Part shown: positions 26,201 through 40,318 of the stretch, in pieces
Layout of the letters: every line of letters starts with the position of its first letter
Position numbering within the stretch: the first letter of the stretch is position 1
From: Sminthopsis crassicaudata
Lineage: Eukaryota
DNA: 64,000 bases
Assembly (NCBI RefSeq): GCF_048593235.1
Contig: NC_133618.1
Span: 89,683,919-89,747,918 of the forward strand
Direction: 5' to 3'
Program-made: the position numbers and the translations under genes
The notes under the pieces: generated by a model
The model's database searches: none
What the model was told of the DNA's origin: nothing
What the model saw: the letters and a program-made list of their open reading frames with translations, nothing else

Positions 26201-27974
26201 GGAAGAGAATTGAACACAAATTCCTTTGTTGGGACATTTTCTCTTCCCTCATCCTTCATGGGGTTTTCAATAAGTACATATGTGTTGAATTACATTGAAT
26301 TGACTTGTTATTTTAAAATGTAAATTCTTGAGAGTCAGAATGAAGAATAATTTCTAGACTTGAATAACCTTGAGCCATAGTCCTGTTTCATATTGCTATC
26401 ATAAGAAAAAGAAGAGGTTTGCAGATCTCAAAGATCATCTAGGTCAATCCATTCCTGAGTAAGAATTCTCTTTACCACATATCTGACAAGTGGTCTTTGA
26501 GACCAGTCACTTTAATATCATTTATCTTCACCCCCTACTCTAATCACTTAATTTCAGATGCAGAAGTGACTCATTCTGTCTGGATCCAGGCACTGGAAAT
26601 AGTTCTCACAATTAAAACTTACATCTATTTTGTTAGGGGCAGCATAGAGGAGCAGATAGAGTGCTGGACTTGAAGCAAAGTAAGATTGGGTTCAAATTCT
26701 ACCTTTGGCCTTTATGGTTGTGTTACCAACATCAAATTAGTTGCCTATGGCTTAAGCACTAAGTCATGGATGTAGTGGATGAGAAGCATTCCTACAATGA
26801 AAGTCATTGAAATCACAGATCTTTAAAAAAGATCCAACTCTGTATTACAGAGAAGAAAAAAAATAGTAAAATTTTTGTTCCAACTTAGAATCACAAGATT
26901 ATATCTGAATCTTGGCTCTTCCACTTATATTAGCTAACTTACCTGAATTCAAATTCTGCCTTAGACACTGTGTGACTCTGGGCAAGTCACTTCACCCTAT
27001 TTGCCTCAGTTTCCTCATCTGTAAAATGAGCAGAAGGAAATGGCAAACTACTTCAGTACCACAAAAACCCCAAAAGGGGCCATGAAAAGACTAATATGAC
27101 AATAATGTTCAATAATACCATTTCTACTACCAATCTCACAAGTTTGTTGCAGAGATAAGATAATAGAAATGAAAGCACTTTATGATCATTAAAGACCCTA
27201 TAAATGTAAGCTAGTATCAAATAACTCTTTTTGCAGAAATGAGTCCATCAAAAAACTCTTTTTTTCCCTCTATTCACACAGTAATTGTCTTCAATTCTAG
27301 TCGTACCTGTCCTCTGGGGTTATCTTAAATGTATCCCATATCTCTATTTTGTTTGTATATAATTGTTTACATGTTGTCTCCTCCATTGATTGAGCTTCTT
27401 CAGAGCAGTGGCTGATTTTTTACTTTTTTGTACTCCCATAACTAGCATAGAGCCTGGGCCCATGCTTTTCCCTGCCTGAAGTCCCTTTCCACTCCAAACC
27501 ATCATCTGCTGAGCTACCAAATTCACTTTCCTAAAAATCAGGTCTGAAAAAGTCATCCTTGTTCCCCATCCCAAATCACTAAGCTCCAGGGATGCTTGAC
27601 TGTTTCTAGAATCAAATATAACCTCTTCTCCTTTGCTTATAAAGCTCTTCACATCATAACCACTCCTTTCCTTCCTAATTTTCTTATGCTTTATTCCCCT
27701 TGTTTATTATTTATTCCCCTTTATTCCCCTGCGATCTAACAGCAATGGCCTGCTCACAGTTCCCTGTGCCCAAAATGTTCGCCTTCTATAACCCCGACTT
27801 CTTGGCTTCCAAGGCTTCCTTCAACACTCAGCTGAAATCCAACTTTGTACAGGCCCCCTTTCTTGGTCCTTCCAGCTGCTATGCCTTCTCTTCTGGGATT
27901 ACTTTCCATAAATTCTGAATATTTATACATATATGTATATGTGTGTACATATGTATGTACATTATTAAACATTA

Positions 27975-28179
27975 TTTTTTGTTATATCAGTCATATCTGA
28001 TTTTTCACGGCTCCTTTTGGGATTTTCTTGGTAGAGATCCTGAAGTGGTTTGCCATTTCCTTCTCATTTTACAGATGAGGAAATGGTGGTAAATAGGGTT
28101 AAGTGACTTGCCCAGGCTCACACAGTGTCTAAGGCAGAATTTGAATTCAGGTCACTTAGCTAATATAAGTGGCTGAGCC

Positions 28180-28229
<50 letters not shown>

Positions 28230-28450
28230 ACACACACACACGAATGTACTGCTATCTGGGTGCAGCTAGATAGTACAATGCCTTGCACATTGGACTTTGG
28301 AATCAAGAAGTCTCATTTTATGAGTTCAAATCTGATCTCAGACTTTCCCTGTTTACTTCAGTTCCTCATCTGTAAAATGAGCTGGAAAAGAAAGTGGCAA
28401 AAACCCTTTCATTGTCTGTGCCAAGGAAACTCCAAAGGAGTTTGAGAGCA
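27975..28450. mobile_element. Two MAR1-type SINEs in inverted orientation separated by (TG)n/(CA)n
   Basis: Minus copy about 27975-28160 (ggattttcttggtagagatcctgaagtggtttgcc). Plus copy about 28255-28450 (ctcatctgtaaaatgagctggaaaagaaagtggcaaaa). (TG) run at 28184-28226 and (CA) run at 28231-28241. Confidence 0.75.
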
Positions 28451-31400
28451 GACATTATTTTTACCTTTTTTTGTAGCCCTCATCCTTAACATAGTGCCCG
28501 ACAGAGTAGAACTCAACAAACATTTATTGACTGACTATTCTATTCCTGGAGGGCACTCCATAACACAAGCATTTCTTGAAGGGTCCTGCACAGTTCTCTT
28601 GAAGGGTCCCTAGAAGGGTTACACAATGTCCTTGTTCAAAGGTCTAATAATTTTTCAACAAGAAACCCAACGTCTTGGTTTAAAGTGGAGAAATGAAGGC
28701 TCTCTGCAACAGAGAAGTCTTGACATTTGTTAGCGGGGGAGAGTCAGGACTCATTCAAGAAAAGGGAGATCAAAGAGATCTAGAGTCCTAAAAGTAAGAT
28801 CAGTGTGATGAGGGAACTAGAGAAATGCTGTTAAGGAAGGGACCCAAGGATTCTGAAATTAATAAAACAGCTGCTCCTATTTGTGTAATACTTCAAAGTT
28901 GATAAAGCACTTTACTTTCAACAACCCAAATGAGGTCCCTAGTGGATTTCATTTTCCAAGTTCCTAAGCCTAGAGATTCCTTTTTATTTTGGGGGCACAA
29001 AGAAAATAATTCACATGCCAGGTATTGCCTTCCTCACAGGACCTCTAGCTGACATCCTTCCCCTTGAAGCCTCCCAAGAGATTTTTGCTCAGCATCTCTA
29101 TAATGTTTTTACCATTTAATATTGAGTAATATTGCTATCTCAGGCATAGCAGTGTTCTCCACATGGAAGGCACTGAGGAAATAGATTAACATCCGCTCCC
29201 AGAAAATGGTTCTTTGTGGAAAAAAGATGGAAAAACTGATGCTTGAGTACCAGTCCCCAAAAGAATCATGGGAATTATAGAAGAATCAGTATATGTATAT
29301 TGGTGGGCATCATGAATCAAGCTCATCATCTTATTAAAGTTAATATAAAACCCAAGTATCTCTAATACACCAGGATCCTTTTCCAGCTGGTTTCTGGACT
29401 GTGAAAAGGTTTACCTTTGAAAGTTCCTCCTTTCTCTTCAGGGATTTACAGAATAGAAGAAAAGCATCCCTTTGTCTATTTCCTTGATGTCCCCACTGGG
29501 TTTCTCACTTGGCATTTCCCATTAACCTCATACCCCAGGCATTCCCTAGAGAGATTATTGGGAAAGGTGAATCATTATTCTCTGAATAGCTGTTATAATG
29601 TACACAGTAGGCCTTTGGTCCAGACCAGTGCCTCTCAGAAAGAAGCTCTATTGCCTAAGACCTGTGAGGGGTATGCTGGAACTAGATAAGTGGTGATAGT
29701 CCTGTTGGATTCCAATTCACAGGAGTCTTTTCCAAAGCCTTCTTCTGAGAAGAAGAGTCAGACTTTAAATCCAGAATCACAACATTCATTTATATTAAAG
29801 GTAAATTAATCCAATCCACACCCAAAGGACTTACCTATACATTACCTTCAAACAAATTTAGGGTAAAGATGTAGCATGAAACAAGATGATTTAAGCTTGA
29901 TTAATTTGGAATGACAGAATTATAAGGGTTCGAGCCCTTGTTGGAGATCACCTACTCCACTTCTCTGGTTTTACAGAGAAAACTCAGTAGAGTGACTTGC
30001 CTAAGATCATACACAAATCATTAATGGGAGAGGTCACACTAAAACCCGGCTCCAAGCATGCTACTCTTGCTGCATTCTAACACATTATTCCTCTTCATTA
30101 TTAAGCACCATGAGGGCAAGGGCCCAATGTAGATACACTTTTTAAAAAGTTATTTCTAGTGCTTTACCACTTCTGCAGACTGTACCTACAAATGTTAGGT
30201 AAGTGAATGAAAAACTGAATTACAATAACATAGTCAGAGCAAATTACCTTATCACAAGCAAATACATTCCTAGAGCATCCTCTTACCAGGGCAGTGGTGG
30301 AGAAAGCTTCTGCCATCTGTGATGTGAAAAGCCTCTTCATGAAAGTTGTGACTTGGGGCCTTATGTCCTCCTTTGACTTACCTCAATTCTCAGTACCTCT
30401 CTTAGTAGATTCAGTAACTGAGTCAACGTAGTCCTTGGAATGGCCAAGTAAAACCAGAATTCAAAAGTTGACAAAGATTTTTCCATATATCATCTAAGTG
30501 TCACAATCCTGCAAGGTGCAGATAAGGAAATGGAAGTGGAAACATTAACCTACTTGTTCATGCTTATAAGTGTAGCAGGTGGGATTTGAATTCACAGGGT
30601 TCTTGTAAAACTCAGATGAGATAATATAGGTATATACAATGGGGATTAGTCTCATTCCACAGGCAAAGGAATTTGTGAACCTTATAATGCTACTTAAATG
30701 AAGCTATTATTATGCCCAGGAATAGATCATTTATATTATGTCTATGTATGGATGTGTATATACATACATACATACATATATATGTATATATATATACATA
30801 TAAAATAAAGTTATATGGTGCAATGATAAGAGTAGTGGGCTTGGAGCCAAGACGTCCTGTATTGAAATCCTGCATGAGCACTTAGAATCTGTGGGATTCT
30901 GGCAAGTCATTCAATCTCTCTCAGGTTCAACTTACTCATCTATAAAACAGAAGTGATAATAATAGCACCTAATCCTTGGGATGTTTGTGAATATCAAATA
31001 TAGGTAAAATACTTTGCAAACCTTATATAAGGTGTTAGATGTTCTTATTGTTATCATTGTTATTATTCTAATGGCTGACCAAGAATCTCCTACTGATAGA
31101 GGTATCATCGGAGAGTGTCGAGATCCCTCACTCCCTGAGAGGTAGTGGTCATAGATGCTAGAAGGGCCCAGCAGCAAGCTAGACCTTTGGGGAGCCTCGT
31201 GAGTCCCACAAAGGAAGAAAAGGAATTCCAGGTCAGGTGTCAGAAGCTACTCCTTGGATACTCATGTGTCTCACTACAAATGTGTCCCACTCTCCCCAAG
31301 GGTCTTGTATATTCCAGGAAGAGTGTTCTCTCACTCCCTCAGTTCCAAACAGTTATTAAAATTCATTATTACTGTACAACAGACAGTGTGATGATGATGA

Positions 31401-33324
31401 TGATCATCATCATCATGATAAATAATATTTATATCACTTACAACATGCCAGGTACCTAGCTAGGTGCTTTACAATTATTCTCTCATTTGATAAATGAGAG
31501 TAAATGTTGGGAATGTAAATAAAAGTAAAAGAAAGAGTTTATATTCTAATGGAAAAATATAAAATATAAAAGATAACTGAAAAGCATATTTCGGATAGGT
31601 ATCTACCTGGAAGATGGGAAAGGAAGGAAGGGTAACTGGTCTTGAAATGAAAGCTCTGGGCCGGCCCTCACCAGTGGAAGCGATTGCTCTTTAGACACAG
31701 TCTGGTGGGGATGGGAGAACCAGAAAGAGTGCTACATCTGCTTATCAAAGGAAACATAAGCACTCAGAAGAGTGCTATAAGAAGATGCTATATTCCTTTT
31801 ACTTTCTGGTTCTAACAACTCACTTGTTCTCTGCTGGCTCCAAATAAAACCTACCTGGTTGAGAGAAGTGATTATCAGAGAGAAGATTGTCAGAGTGGGG
31901 CCATATCAGCCACAATAGAATCAAAGAAGAGTATTAATACTTACAATTCCTGGGACAAAATGGGGAAGGCTTGAAGAATACATAGGTCATACCAGCTATT
32001 ATCTATCTCTCTATCTCTTTATCTATAAGTATCTATCTGGTAGGTAGTAAGGGAGGAGAGGAACATAACTGTTTTCAGGCATTTTAAATTATGTGATATA
32101 AAGAGAAATAGAAATTGTACTGATTGGTCCTAGAGGACAGAACTTCAAACAACCAGTAGAAATTACAGAAGAGATTTAGGGTAAAGAATCTTGATTATCC
32201 AAGGATGGAAAGAATTGCCATAGTAGATAGGATGTTTCCTTCAGTGAAATTTTTTAAATGGATGTGGGATGATCATTTGCCAAGCATGTTATAGAAAGCT
32301 ATTGTTTGGTTTCTTTTTTTAGATATGAGATGGACTTATAAAGTTCCTTCCAACTCCAGTTCCATGATTCTAAATATTTATGAGTTCCTGTGAATCCTTT
32401 GCTTCTTCTGCATTTTCGGTGGAATAAAATAAAGGCTGTCCTACATCAAGTTTATTTTTCTTATCTTGAGTGCTTTTGGTGGATATGGGCTTCCCCTTAT
32501 CCACATTTGGAACTGCACAAAATCTATATAGATTTCCCGGAATAAACTCTGTGTTGGGGACACACCAAGCCAAAGGCATATTTAGCATTCAGGATAGAAC
32601 CACAGTCAGTGTGAGTCCAGAGTTTGAGGGACCCTGAATCAAAGGATATAGTTTGCATTTATTTTGTATCTATTTTGTATTTGCTTATTTGTATGCATGT
32701 TGATCCCTCTCTCCCCAATAGAATATAAGTTTCTTGTGGACAGGGAGTGTCTTTGCCTACCCCACTACCTTGTAGACAGGTTAAAAAATACTTGTTGAAT
32801 TGAATTGCTGAATCATGCTTGAAGAAACAATGGTTTGGTTAATAACAGGAAAAGGGAAATAGGGAAATTTCCCATCTTCCAAAAGCAATAACTTCCCTAA
32901 AATATTAATCTTTACTTCTTAATAAGCATTGATTGTTTACTCTGATCTGAGCTATGGAGGAGACAAATACAGAGAAATGATACTATCTCTGCCTCAAGGC
33001 ATCCCAGTCTAGAGGAAGGCACAAAACCAAGTGGTTTGTGAAATAAAAACCAATACAAGACGTACCTAATATGAGTACTATAATCTGAGAAATGCAGACT
33101 AGGCTACAAGAGACTTCTCTCCATTTACAAGAGATGGAAATATCCACCTTGCTAAGGTGGGCCGACAAACTGGGGCAAACCAGATCATTCTGACCATTCC
33201 TTTGGCAGAATAAAATTAAGATGCCGTTACCACAGTTGGGACTTGGGTTTGCCCTTGGCAAAGCCTAACGTTTACCTTTAAGAGAAAGAATAACTGCTGT
33301 TCAGGGTGGTGTTGCATGGGTCAC

Positions 33325-33344
33325 CCCTGCCATCTAGTGGTCCT
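33325..33344 (-). promoter_or_regulatory. CTCF-like motif
   Basis: Minus strand reads aggaCCACTAGATGGCAggg, matching the CTCF core CCASYAGRKGGCR. Confidence 0.55.
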
Positions 33345-34049
33345 ACTGCAAATTACAAAATTATAAAATGCGGAAGACCAACTGTCCTTGGGTTAGTCAA
33401 CAAGTATTTTTAAGAGGCTCCGATATTCAGGGCACCGTGCTAGGCAAAGAGACAAAAGCAAGAAAGCTCCTGTCCAGAAGCGTACATGTGCTATTCTATA
33501 TTTCTTGGCATATATTATGTCATATATGCATAAAGATATTGTGCAAAGAAATTCAAAGTAATTGCAGGAGGAGATAGTGCTAATGAACCAGGAGACTGTC
33601 CTTCATAGAATAATAATCATCTTAGAACTATCTAGTTTAACAAATTTTTATCATGCTAAATTTTTGGCCACAGTAATTCTTCAAATCCATCTATAATGTG
33701 CAAGGCAATTGTTGTATAAATAGGACTAAAAGGACCAAAATTTATTAATACCTCAAAGGATCAAGCAAATTTTGTATCAATTGAGGTAGCTGGTCTTAAT
33801 TTTAAATGGCCAATGTACATTTACAAGTGGTCAAAGGTACATGCTAAGGGAAGGTGAATTGATTATGGTCCCTGCCTTTATGGAATTTTAAATCTTAGCC
33901 AAACTCAAGTAAGGTTAATAGAGAGTCAAGGTCTACTTTCTCCTTAGATCCTGAAAATACACAGATCTCTTTAATTAGAGGTATTAAACTTCAAAAATTC
34001 AGAAAGCAGAGATTTCACTGGAGGAGCCACAGAAGGCTTTTTGAAGACT

Positions 34050-34560
34050 GTTAGGGAGAATGCAAGGCTCCTAAGGAAGAACAAGGTTTTAATGGGAGAA
34101 AAATGGACCCGAGTTGGAGGATGAAGATACCCTGTCTGGATAGTGGAGAAGAGTAGAATATTGTGAAGAAAAGGGGAAAAGACTCTCTGTAGAGCTTAAC
34201 AACATATTTAAGGCTCTTCCTGAAAAGGAAAGAGCTGGGTCCTCTGAAGAGAATAATGTTGCTTCTCACCCCAATAAGCCATGTAAGGGATCTAAAAGGC
34301 AGGGAGCAGTGGTAGTTAGTGGTTTCCTTCTCAGGGGTACCAAGACAGCTATTTATTGTCTTTTGGGGGTATGTAAACATAACAGAGAAGCTCCCAAGAA
34401 TTATCCCAAGAGCAAGCTCAGGTCCATGATGAATCATCACCAGTCTGATATCCAAGGAAAAACAAGTATAGAACAAGACAAGGAATTCATACCTTATCAC
34501 AGAATTAACCTCATCAAAGGAATTTCACCCCTTATTAAATAGGAATCATCAAGAATGGAG
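34050..34560 (+). mobile_element. L3/CR1 ORF1 (SGNH esterase-like) remnant
   Basis: Plus frame from 34294 reads KRQGAVVVSGFLLRGTKTAIYC...NRE, resembling the CR1 ORF1 motif KRRVVVVGDSLLRGTEAPIC...REVCCLPG as recalled. Confidence 0.55.
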
Positions 34561-34694
34561 GCAAGGAGAACTTTGCACCTTGAGTGAGTCCTCACTCATA
34601 ATATAAAATAATAATAATACTCTGATATTATTACCAGAGTAAAGGTAAGAAAGATTCCCAACAAGGTCTGGTCACACCCACTGCAATTAGAGTA

Positions 34695-35575
34695 AAGATT
34701 CTTAACCTTTTTTGTGTCATGGACCTGGGGAAGCTCTGGGGAAGCTTATGGATCCTCCTCAGAATAAAGTCTTTAAATGTATAAAATAAAATACATATTA
34801 TTACAAAAGCAAATTATATTGAAATACAATTATCAAAATATTTTTAAAACAAGTTCACGTGATGCTGAGTGAAGTGAGCAGAGCCAGGAGAACATTGTAT
34901 ACAGTAACAGCAAAATTATGTAATGATTTATACCATGTTTAACATATATTGGATTACTTGCTATCTAGGGGAGGGGGTGGAAGGAAGGGGGAAAAATTGG
35001 AACACGAGGTTTTGCAAGTGTTAATGTTGAAAAATTATCCATGTATATGTTTTGAAATTAAAAAGCTTCAATAAAAAAAGATTATGTAAATATGAACTGT
35101 ATTATATACAGAGAGAGACATACAGACAGACAGACAGGCAGACAGACAGACTTAGCTTATTTCAACAATGTAGTGATGCAAGATAATTCCAACAGATTTG
35201 GCATGGAAAATGCCATCCACATCCAGAGAGAGAACTATAGTGACTGAATGAAGATCAAAGCAAACTATTTTCATCTTTGTTGTATGTTTGTTTGCTTTTT
35301 CTTTCTCCTGCTTTTTCCTTTTTGTTCTGATTTTTCTTTCACAACATGATTCCTATGGAAATATGTTTAAAGTTGATTGTACATGCATAACCTATATCAG
35401 ATTACTTGCTGTCATGGGGAGGAAGAAAGTAAAGGAGAGAGGAAAGAGGAAAAAAAAAAACTTGGAAGTCTTATAAAAATGAATGTTTAAAACTATCTTT
35501 ACATGTATTTGGAAAAATAAAATACTATTGAGGAAAAAACCCAAATTCATAGATTTTAGGTTAAAAATCTCTGAT
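34695..35575 (+). mobile_element. Charlie4z-like hAT MITE split by nested L1 3' ends
   Basis: Left part gattcttaaccttttttgtgtcatggacc...aaaacaagttcac (to 34858). Right end ttcatagattttaggttaaaaatctctg near 35546-35573. L1 3' UTR pieces occupy about 34860-35535. Confidence 0.6.
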
Positions 35576-36790
35576 TTATCTGTTCCATAAATTATCTGTG
35601 AACTATGTCTTCATTTTGGACTCTAGAAAATAATGATACTTTCAGTGAAATAGTATGAATCACTGAGTCTATGAATAGCGTCATGGGGCAAAGGGGCATC
35701 ATGACAGCAAGCCAGCCCTGCTTGCTGCTCCTACTTGTTAAAGATACTGGTTTTCTTCTAATTCTGAGTTGACAGTTTCTATAAGGTTTCCATGTGTTTT
35801 TACAACTTAGTAAAAAGTTTGAGTGGGTGGAAAATATTTCTATTTCCAGGCCTAGCAGAGTATATGACACATGGAAAATACTTGATAAATACTTAGCTGA
35901 TTAATAAGGGAGATTTTGTGAGTATAATGCTATATGGATTATTTAGGAAAGAATGACAATGGACCTATTACTGATTCAGTAGATTGATAAGAGAGGAAGA
36001 GAGAGAAAGGAAATAGGCAAACAAGTGGTTCAAGAGTCAGAGGAACTGGCTTTTGATCTTGCCTCTGACACTTAATTGCCCATAGGACTTTGGGGACAAT
36101 CACTTAGATGCATGGTTGAGCCCCAAATATATCACCTATAATAAAATGGAGGGATTGGACTGGATGCCCTTTGATGTTATCCTTAAGCAAAATAAATAAT
36201 TATGCAAAATATACTTCCATATTAGTCATGTTGTGAAAGAAAACAGACAAAAAAACACATAAAAGAATTAACATGAAATAATACTATATATGCTTCAATC
36301 TGCTTTCAGACTCCATAGTTATTTCTTGGGAGGTGGATTTTACATGATGAGTCCTTTGGAATTGTTTTGGATTACTGTATAGCTGAGAATAATCAAGTTA
36401 TTCACAATTTATCATCATATAATACTGCTGTCACTATATATAATATTCTTCTAGTTGTTCTTGACTTAGCATCAGTTCATTTAAGTCTTAATATGAAGTT
36501 TTTTAAAAAGCAAGTTATTAACAAAGTTAAAAAAAATTATTGACAAAGATGATAAAAAGTGAAAATGTTAATTGTTAAAGGGATTATAGGAGGTCAGGCA
36601 CCCTAATTCACTACCAATGAACCTGTAAATTGACCTAACCATTCTGGTTAGCAATTTGAAATTATACTTCAAAATTAACTAAATTGTGTATACCCTCTAT
36701 TCCACTTTGATACCACCATGCGGTACATAATCTCAAGGAGGGAATAGATAAAGGGAAAGGGTCTGTATATACAAAAACACTTATAGCAAA

Positions 36791-36831
<41 letters not shown>

Positions 36832-37804
36832 AAAGTGGAAACAAAGTAAATACTTACAAAATGGGGGAAATGCTCAAACAAATTAGAGCATATGAATTTT
36901 GTTTTTTAAATTAAAGAAAAAAAAAGCTTAAAAAGGACAGTTTCAAAGAAATCTCTGACAAGACTTGTGAAAATTGATGCAGAATAAAGTAATACTAAGA
37001 GAGCAATTTATTATGGTAGTGACAAATTAAATGACTGATGAAATAAAAGTTTAAGCTTCTGAGCATATCAATTTATTAAGCAATGCTAATGTAAAACAAA
37101 TCAGAACCCGGCCCCTCAGCTTTGACACTATATCTGAATAAAGGAGACAGGTTTTTATGTATTAAAATAATTAATCAGATAATACCAATGAATTTAAAGA
37201 AAACAATTAGCCAGGATACAAAATTAGAAAACTTCTCCCATTAATCTTCATATATGACCAAGTTTCTAGTTGTTATAACCCAGGTCCTTGGTTAAGCATC
37301 TCTAAGCAGCAGTAGAGGTGGTCCAGCTTGCCAGCCATGATAATGCAATAAAGTTTTCTCACAATTCCCACAATTGAATAGTTTTCTCACAAGAAAGAAA
37401 TTGGAATACATCCGTGATTGAACAGCAAGAGAACTGAGCTAGCTCCAGAATTGAGTCACAAGGTGGAGTCAATATGGGTCACTCAACTCCCACTACCTCT
37501 TACTGTTTAAATTCCCTCAATTCCCTCAGCTCCTCCACCTCATGGATCACTTATCTAAATGTCAAATCTATAAGTTTTTTTCATATATTCATAATCAGAA
37601 TTACATAAGTAAGGCTACAGATCAAACAACTTAAAGGGCTTACAACAGAGTAATTTTGAGAAGGGAGATGTACATGTCACCAAGATAACCCCCTAAAAAA
37701 AACGCCACAAAAAAACTTAAACATAAACACCATGAAAGAAAAGGTCAAAGCAATTCAAGGATGATCATCAAAATTAAATAACATCAAATCTTCTTGTGTC
37801 CTAA

Positions 37805-38046
37805 TTGTTGTTCAGTCATTTCAGTCATGTCCAATTCTTCATGACCCCATTTCGGGTTTTCTTGGTAAAGATGCTAGAGTGTTTATTTGCTGTTTTCTTC
37901 TCTAGTTCACTTTACAGATGAGAAAACTGAGGGAAAAGGTTAAGTGACTTGCCCAGGGTCACAGAGCTAGGAAGTGTCGGAAGCCAGATTTGAACTCAGA
38001 AAAATGATATTTCTGACACTTCATCCATTGTGTCACCTAGCTGCCC
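37805..38046 (-). mobile_element. MAR1-type SINE
   Basis: ttgttgttcagtcatttcagtcatgtccaattcttcatgaccccatttcggg...tgtcacctagctgccc. Confidence 0.8.
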
Positions 38047-40318
38047 ATGTAACCCACTCCCACAGTCCATTTAATCAGCTCATTTTGAGTCCCAGATTAT
38101 CTTGGATGCTTCTCTTGGACATTCTGGAAGAGGTTTCGTTCTCAGGGCAGTTCCAAACCGGGCTCAGCTTCTCTGGCTCCAAATCACTCTACAAATTCCC
38201 CAAAGACCCCTTAATCGTGCCAATTTTGCTAATAAGTCATATTTGCTCTGATTGTTCCCTGAGTTATTAGTTAACCACCACATTACTAAAATAAGGGGAA
38301 ATGATATTGAAAAACTTAATAATTATAATCAGTACAAGGACCAGTCTTTACTTCAGAAGACTTATCAGGAAGCATGTTTCCCCCTCTGGACCAAAAAGAA
38401 GATGGATTGAAATGTTCTTAGAAATGTAAGCCCAAGAATACTGAGACATAACTCCAAGGGATAAGTTTTACTAAAACGGGATGGGAAGATAGGTTGACTA
38501 TTACTATATTATTCAATATGGTGCTTGTATCCAAAACAATCACACCTATCTTTCATTCACTATCTTTCATTCACTATCTCCCCTCAACTCTTTCTCTTCC
38601 CACTACTATTCCAATTTCCAATCACCCCTTTTCTGCTCTAAACTATTAGCAGTAATAAACTGCTACCCAGATATTTAAGACTTGGGTGCTCCTGGAAAAA
38701 AATTCTTCCTGCAATCCCAGTGTAGCCACTCACACAAAGCAGCTCACACACAAAAGTGTGTGTGTATTATATAGAGGGGCATATGTAAATATGCATATAA
38801 TTGTGGACATACATTTGTAGAAATGGGAACACAAGGTTTTTTGAAAAATTATCCTTGCATGTTTTGAAAATAAACTTTAAAAAAATTTTTTTTAAATCTG
38901 ACCTCATGAAAAAGAAATACCTTTGTTAGATATATAAATAAATAAATGAGTTCATAAATAAATAAATAAATAAATGGATGGATAAATGAATAAATACATA
39001 AATAAATGTACATTCCTTGGGGGCAAATGCTAAAAATTTTACTAAAGGGATGTGTATTTTTTTAAACAGGGATAATTGTATTAGAGGTTCAAAATGAGAT
39101 AGATATTTTCAGATATATGTGCTCAACCTGTGTGTGTTTTGTTTAATTTTTGCTTCAAGGAAGGGCTTCTATTTTTGTAAGAATTGTGATTAGTATGATG
39201 CAAAAAATAGTGAAGAGGGGCATCAAGGAAACATTTAAAATATAATATTGAAAGAGTGATTCATACATGATACTTAACAATTCCAAGATTCATGTTGAAA
39301 AATGTTATTCACCTCTAAAGAAAGAACTGATAAATTCTGAGTACAGATTAAGGTATAATTTTTTTCCTTTTATTTTTCCTCCTTTTTTGGTAATATGATT
39401 AATATGAAAATGTTTTGCATGATTTCACATGTATACTGGCTATTATATTATTTGTTTTTTCTTTGGGTAGGGAAGGAGCTGGAGAGAACTCAAAACTGAA
39501 AATATTTTAAAATTATATCCCATAACTTCCAGAAAAAAAATATAGGAGGTGGAGGAGACACAGAAAAACAGAATTGTTTTTATACTAACCCTGAGATATT
39601 AGATTATAAATCTTAAATCACTGCAAAAATTTAGTTACTGAGTGAAATAAAAACTAAAAAAGAAATTTTAAAATGGTTATTTCCTAAACAATTATTTTTC
39701 CGTTCTTCAAAAGTTGAAATGTTGATGAATTAGTGTTTAAATGTATAAAGAAAAGCAAAATGTATGTGTATTACACAAAAAAGGCTTTGTTCCAAAATGT
39801 GGAAACTTGGATGAGGTTGATAGCACCTGTACTTCTTCCAAGCAGACAGCGATAATTGAGCTTAGCCCCTAGTTAGTAAGAACAATTAATGAAAAGAAAC
39901 TAACATGATAAAGAGGAAAAACTAGAAGGGGTGACATCTGTGGAGCACTTTGCAAACCTTAAAGGCTGCTAGCTATTCTTATAAATCACTTTCATTTTCC
40001 TTCTTCCTCCCAGGGTTACAGGTAACATAGATGAATCCTTCCCCATCACTGGTACTCTCCTCTCTTCCAATCCCCTTGCCAAGCACCCATACATTGTCAG
40101 AGCTGGTCAGATCCTTCTGGCTTCCCCTGACTGACATACCAGCTCCTGAGTAAGTCTTCTTAGACCTTAAGCTTTCCATTGGTTAAAACTATAATAGTCA
40201 ATGTTTGTATTCCCAACCATAGAGCATTTATTGTGAGAGCAAAATAGCTAAGATTCAAAGGTAAACCTTCAGATCCCAAAGCCTATCTTTTGGCCCACAT
40301 TTCTCTTGTGGTTTATAA

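Noticed and set aside
34051-34500. 149-aa minus-strand ORF, the longest outside the CpG island
   Set aside because: No recognisable protein, and better explained as the antisense shadow of the plus-strand L3 ORF1 remnant.
38546-38579. 14-bp tandem duplication (ctatctttcattca, about 2.4 copies)
   Set aside because: Ordinary slippage duplication with no spacer structure. It is not CRISPR-like and has no sign of function.
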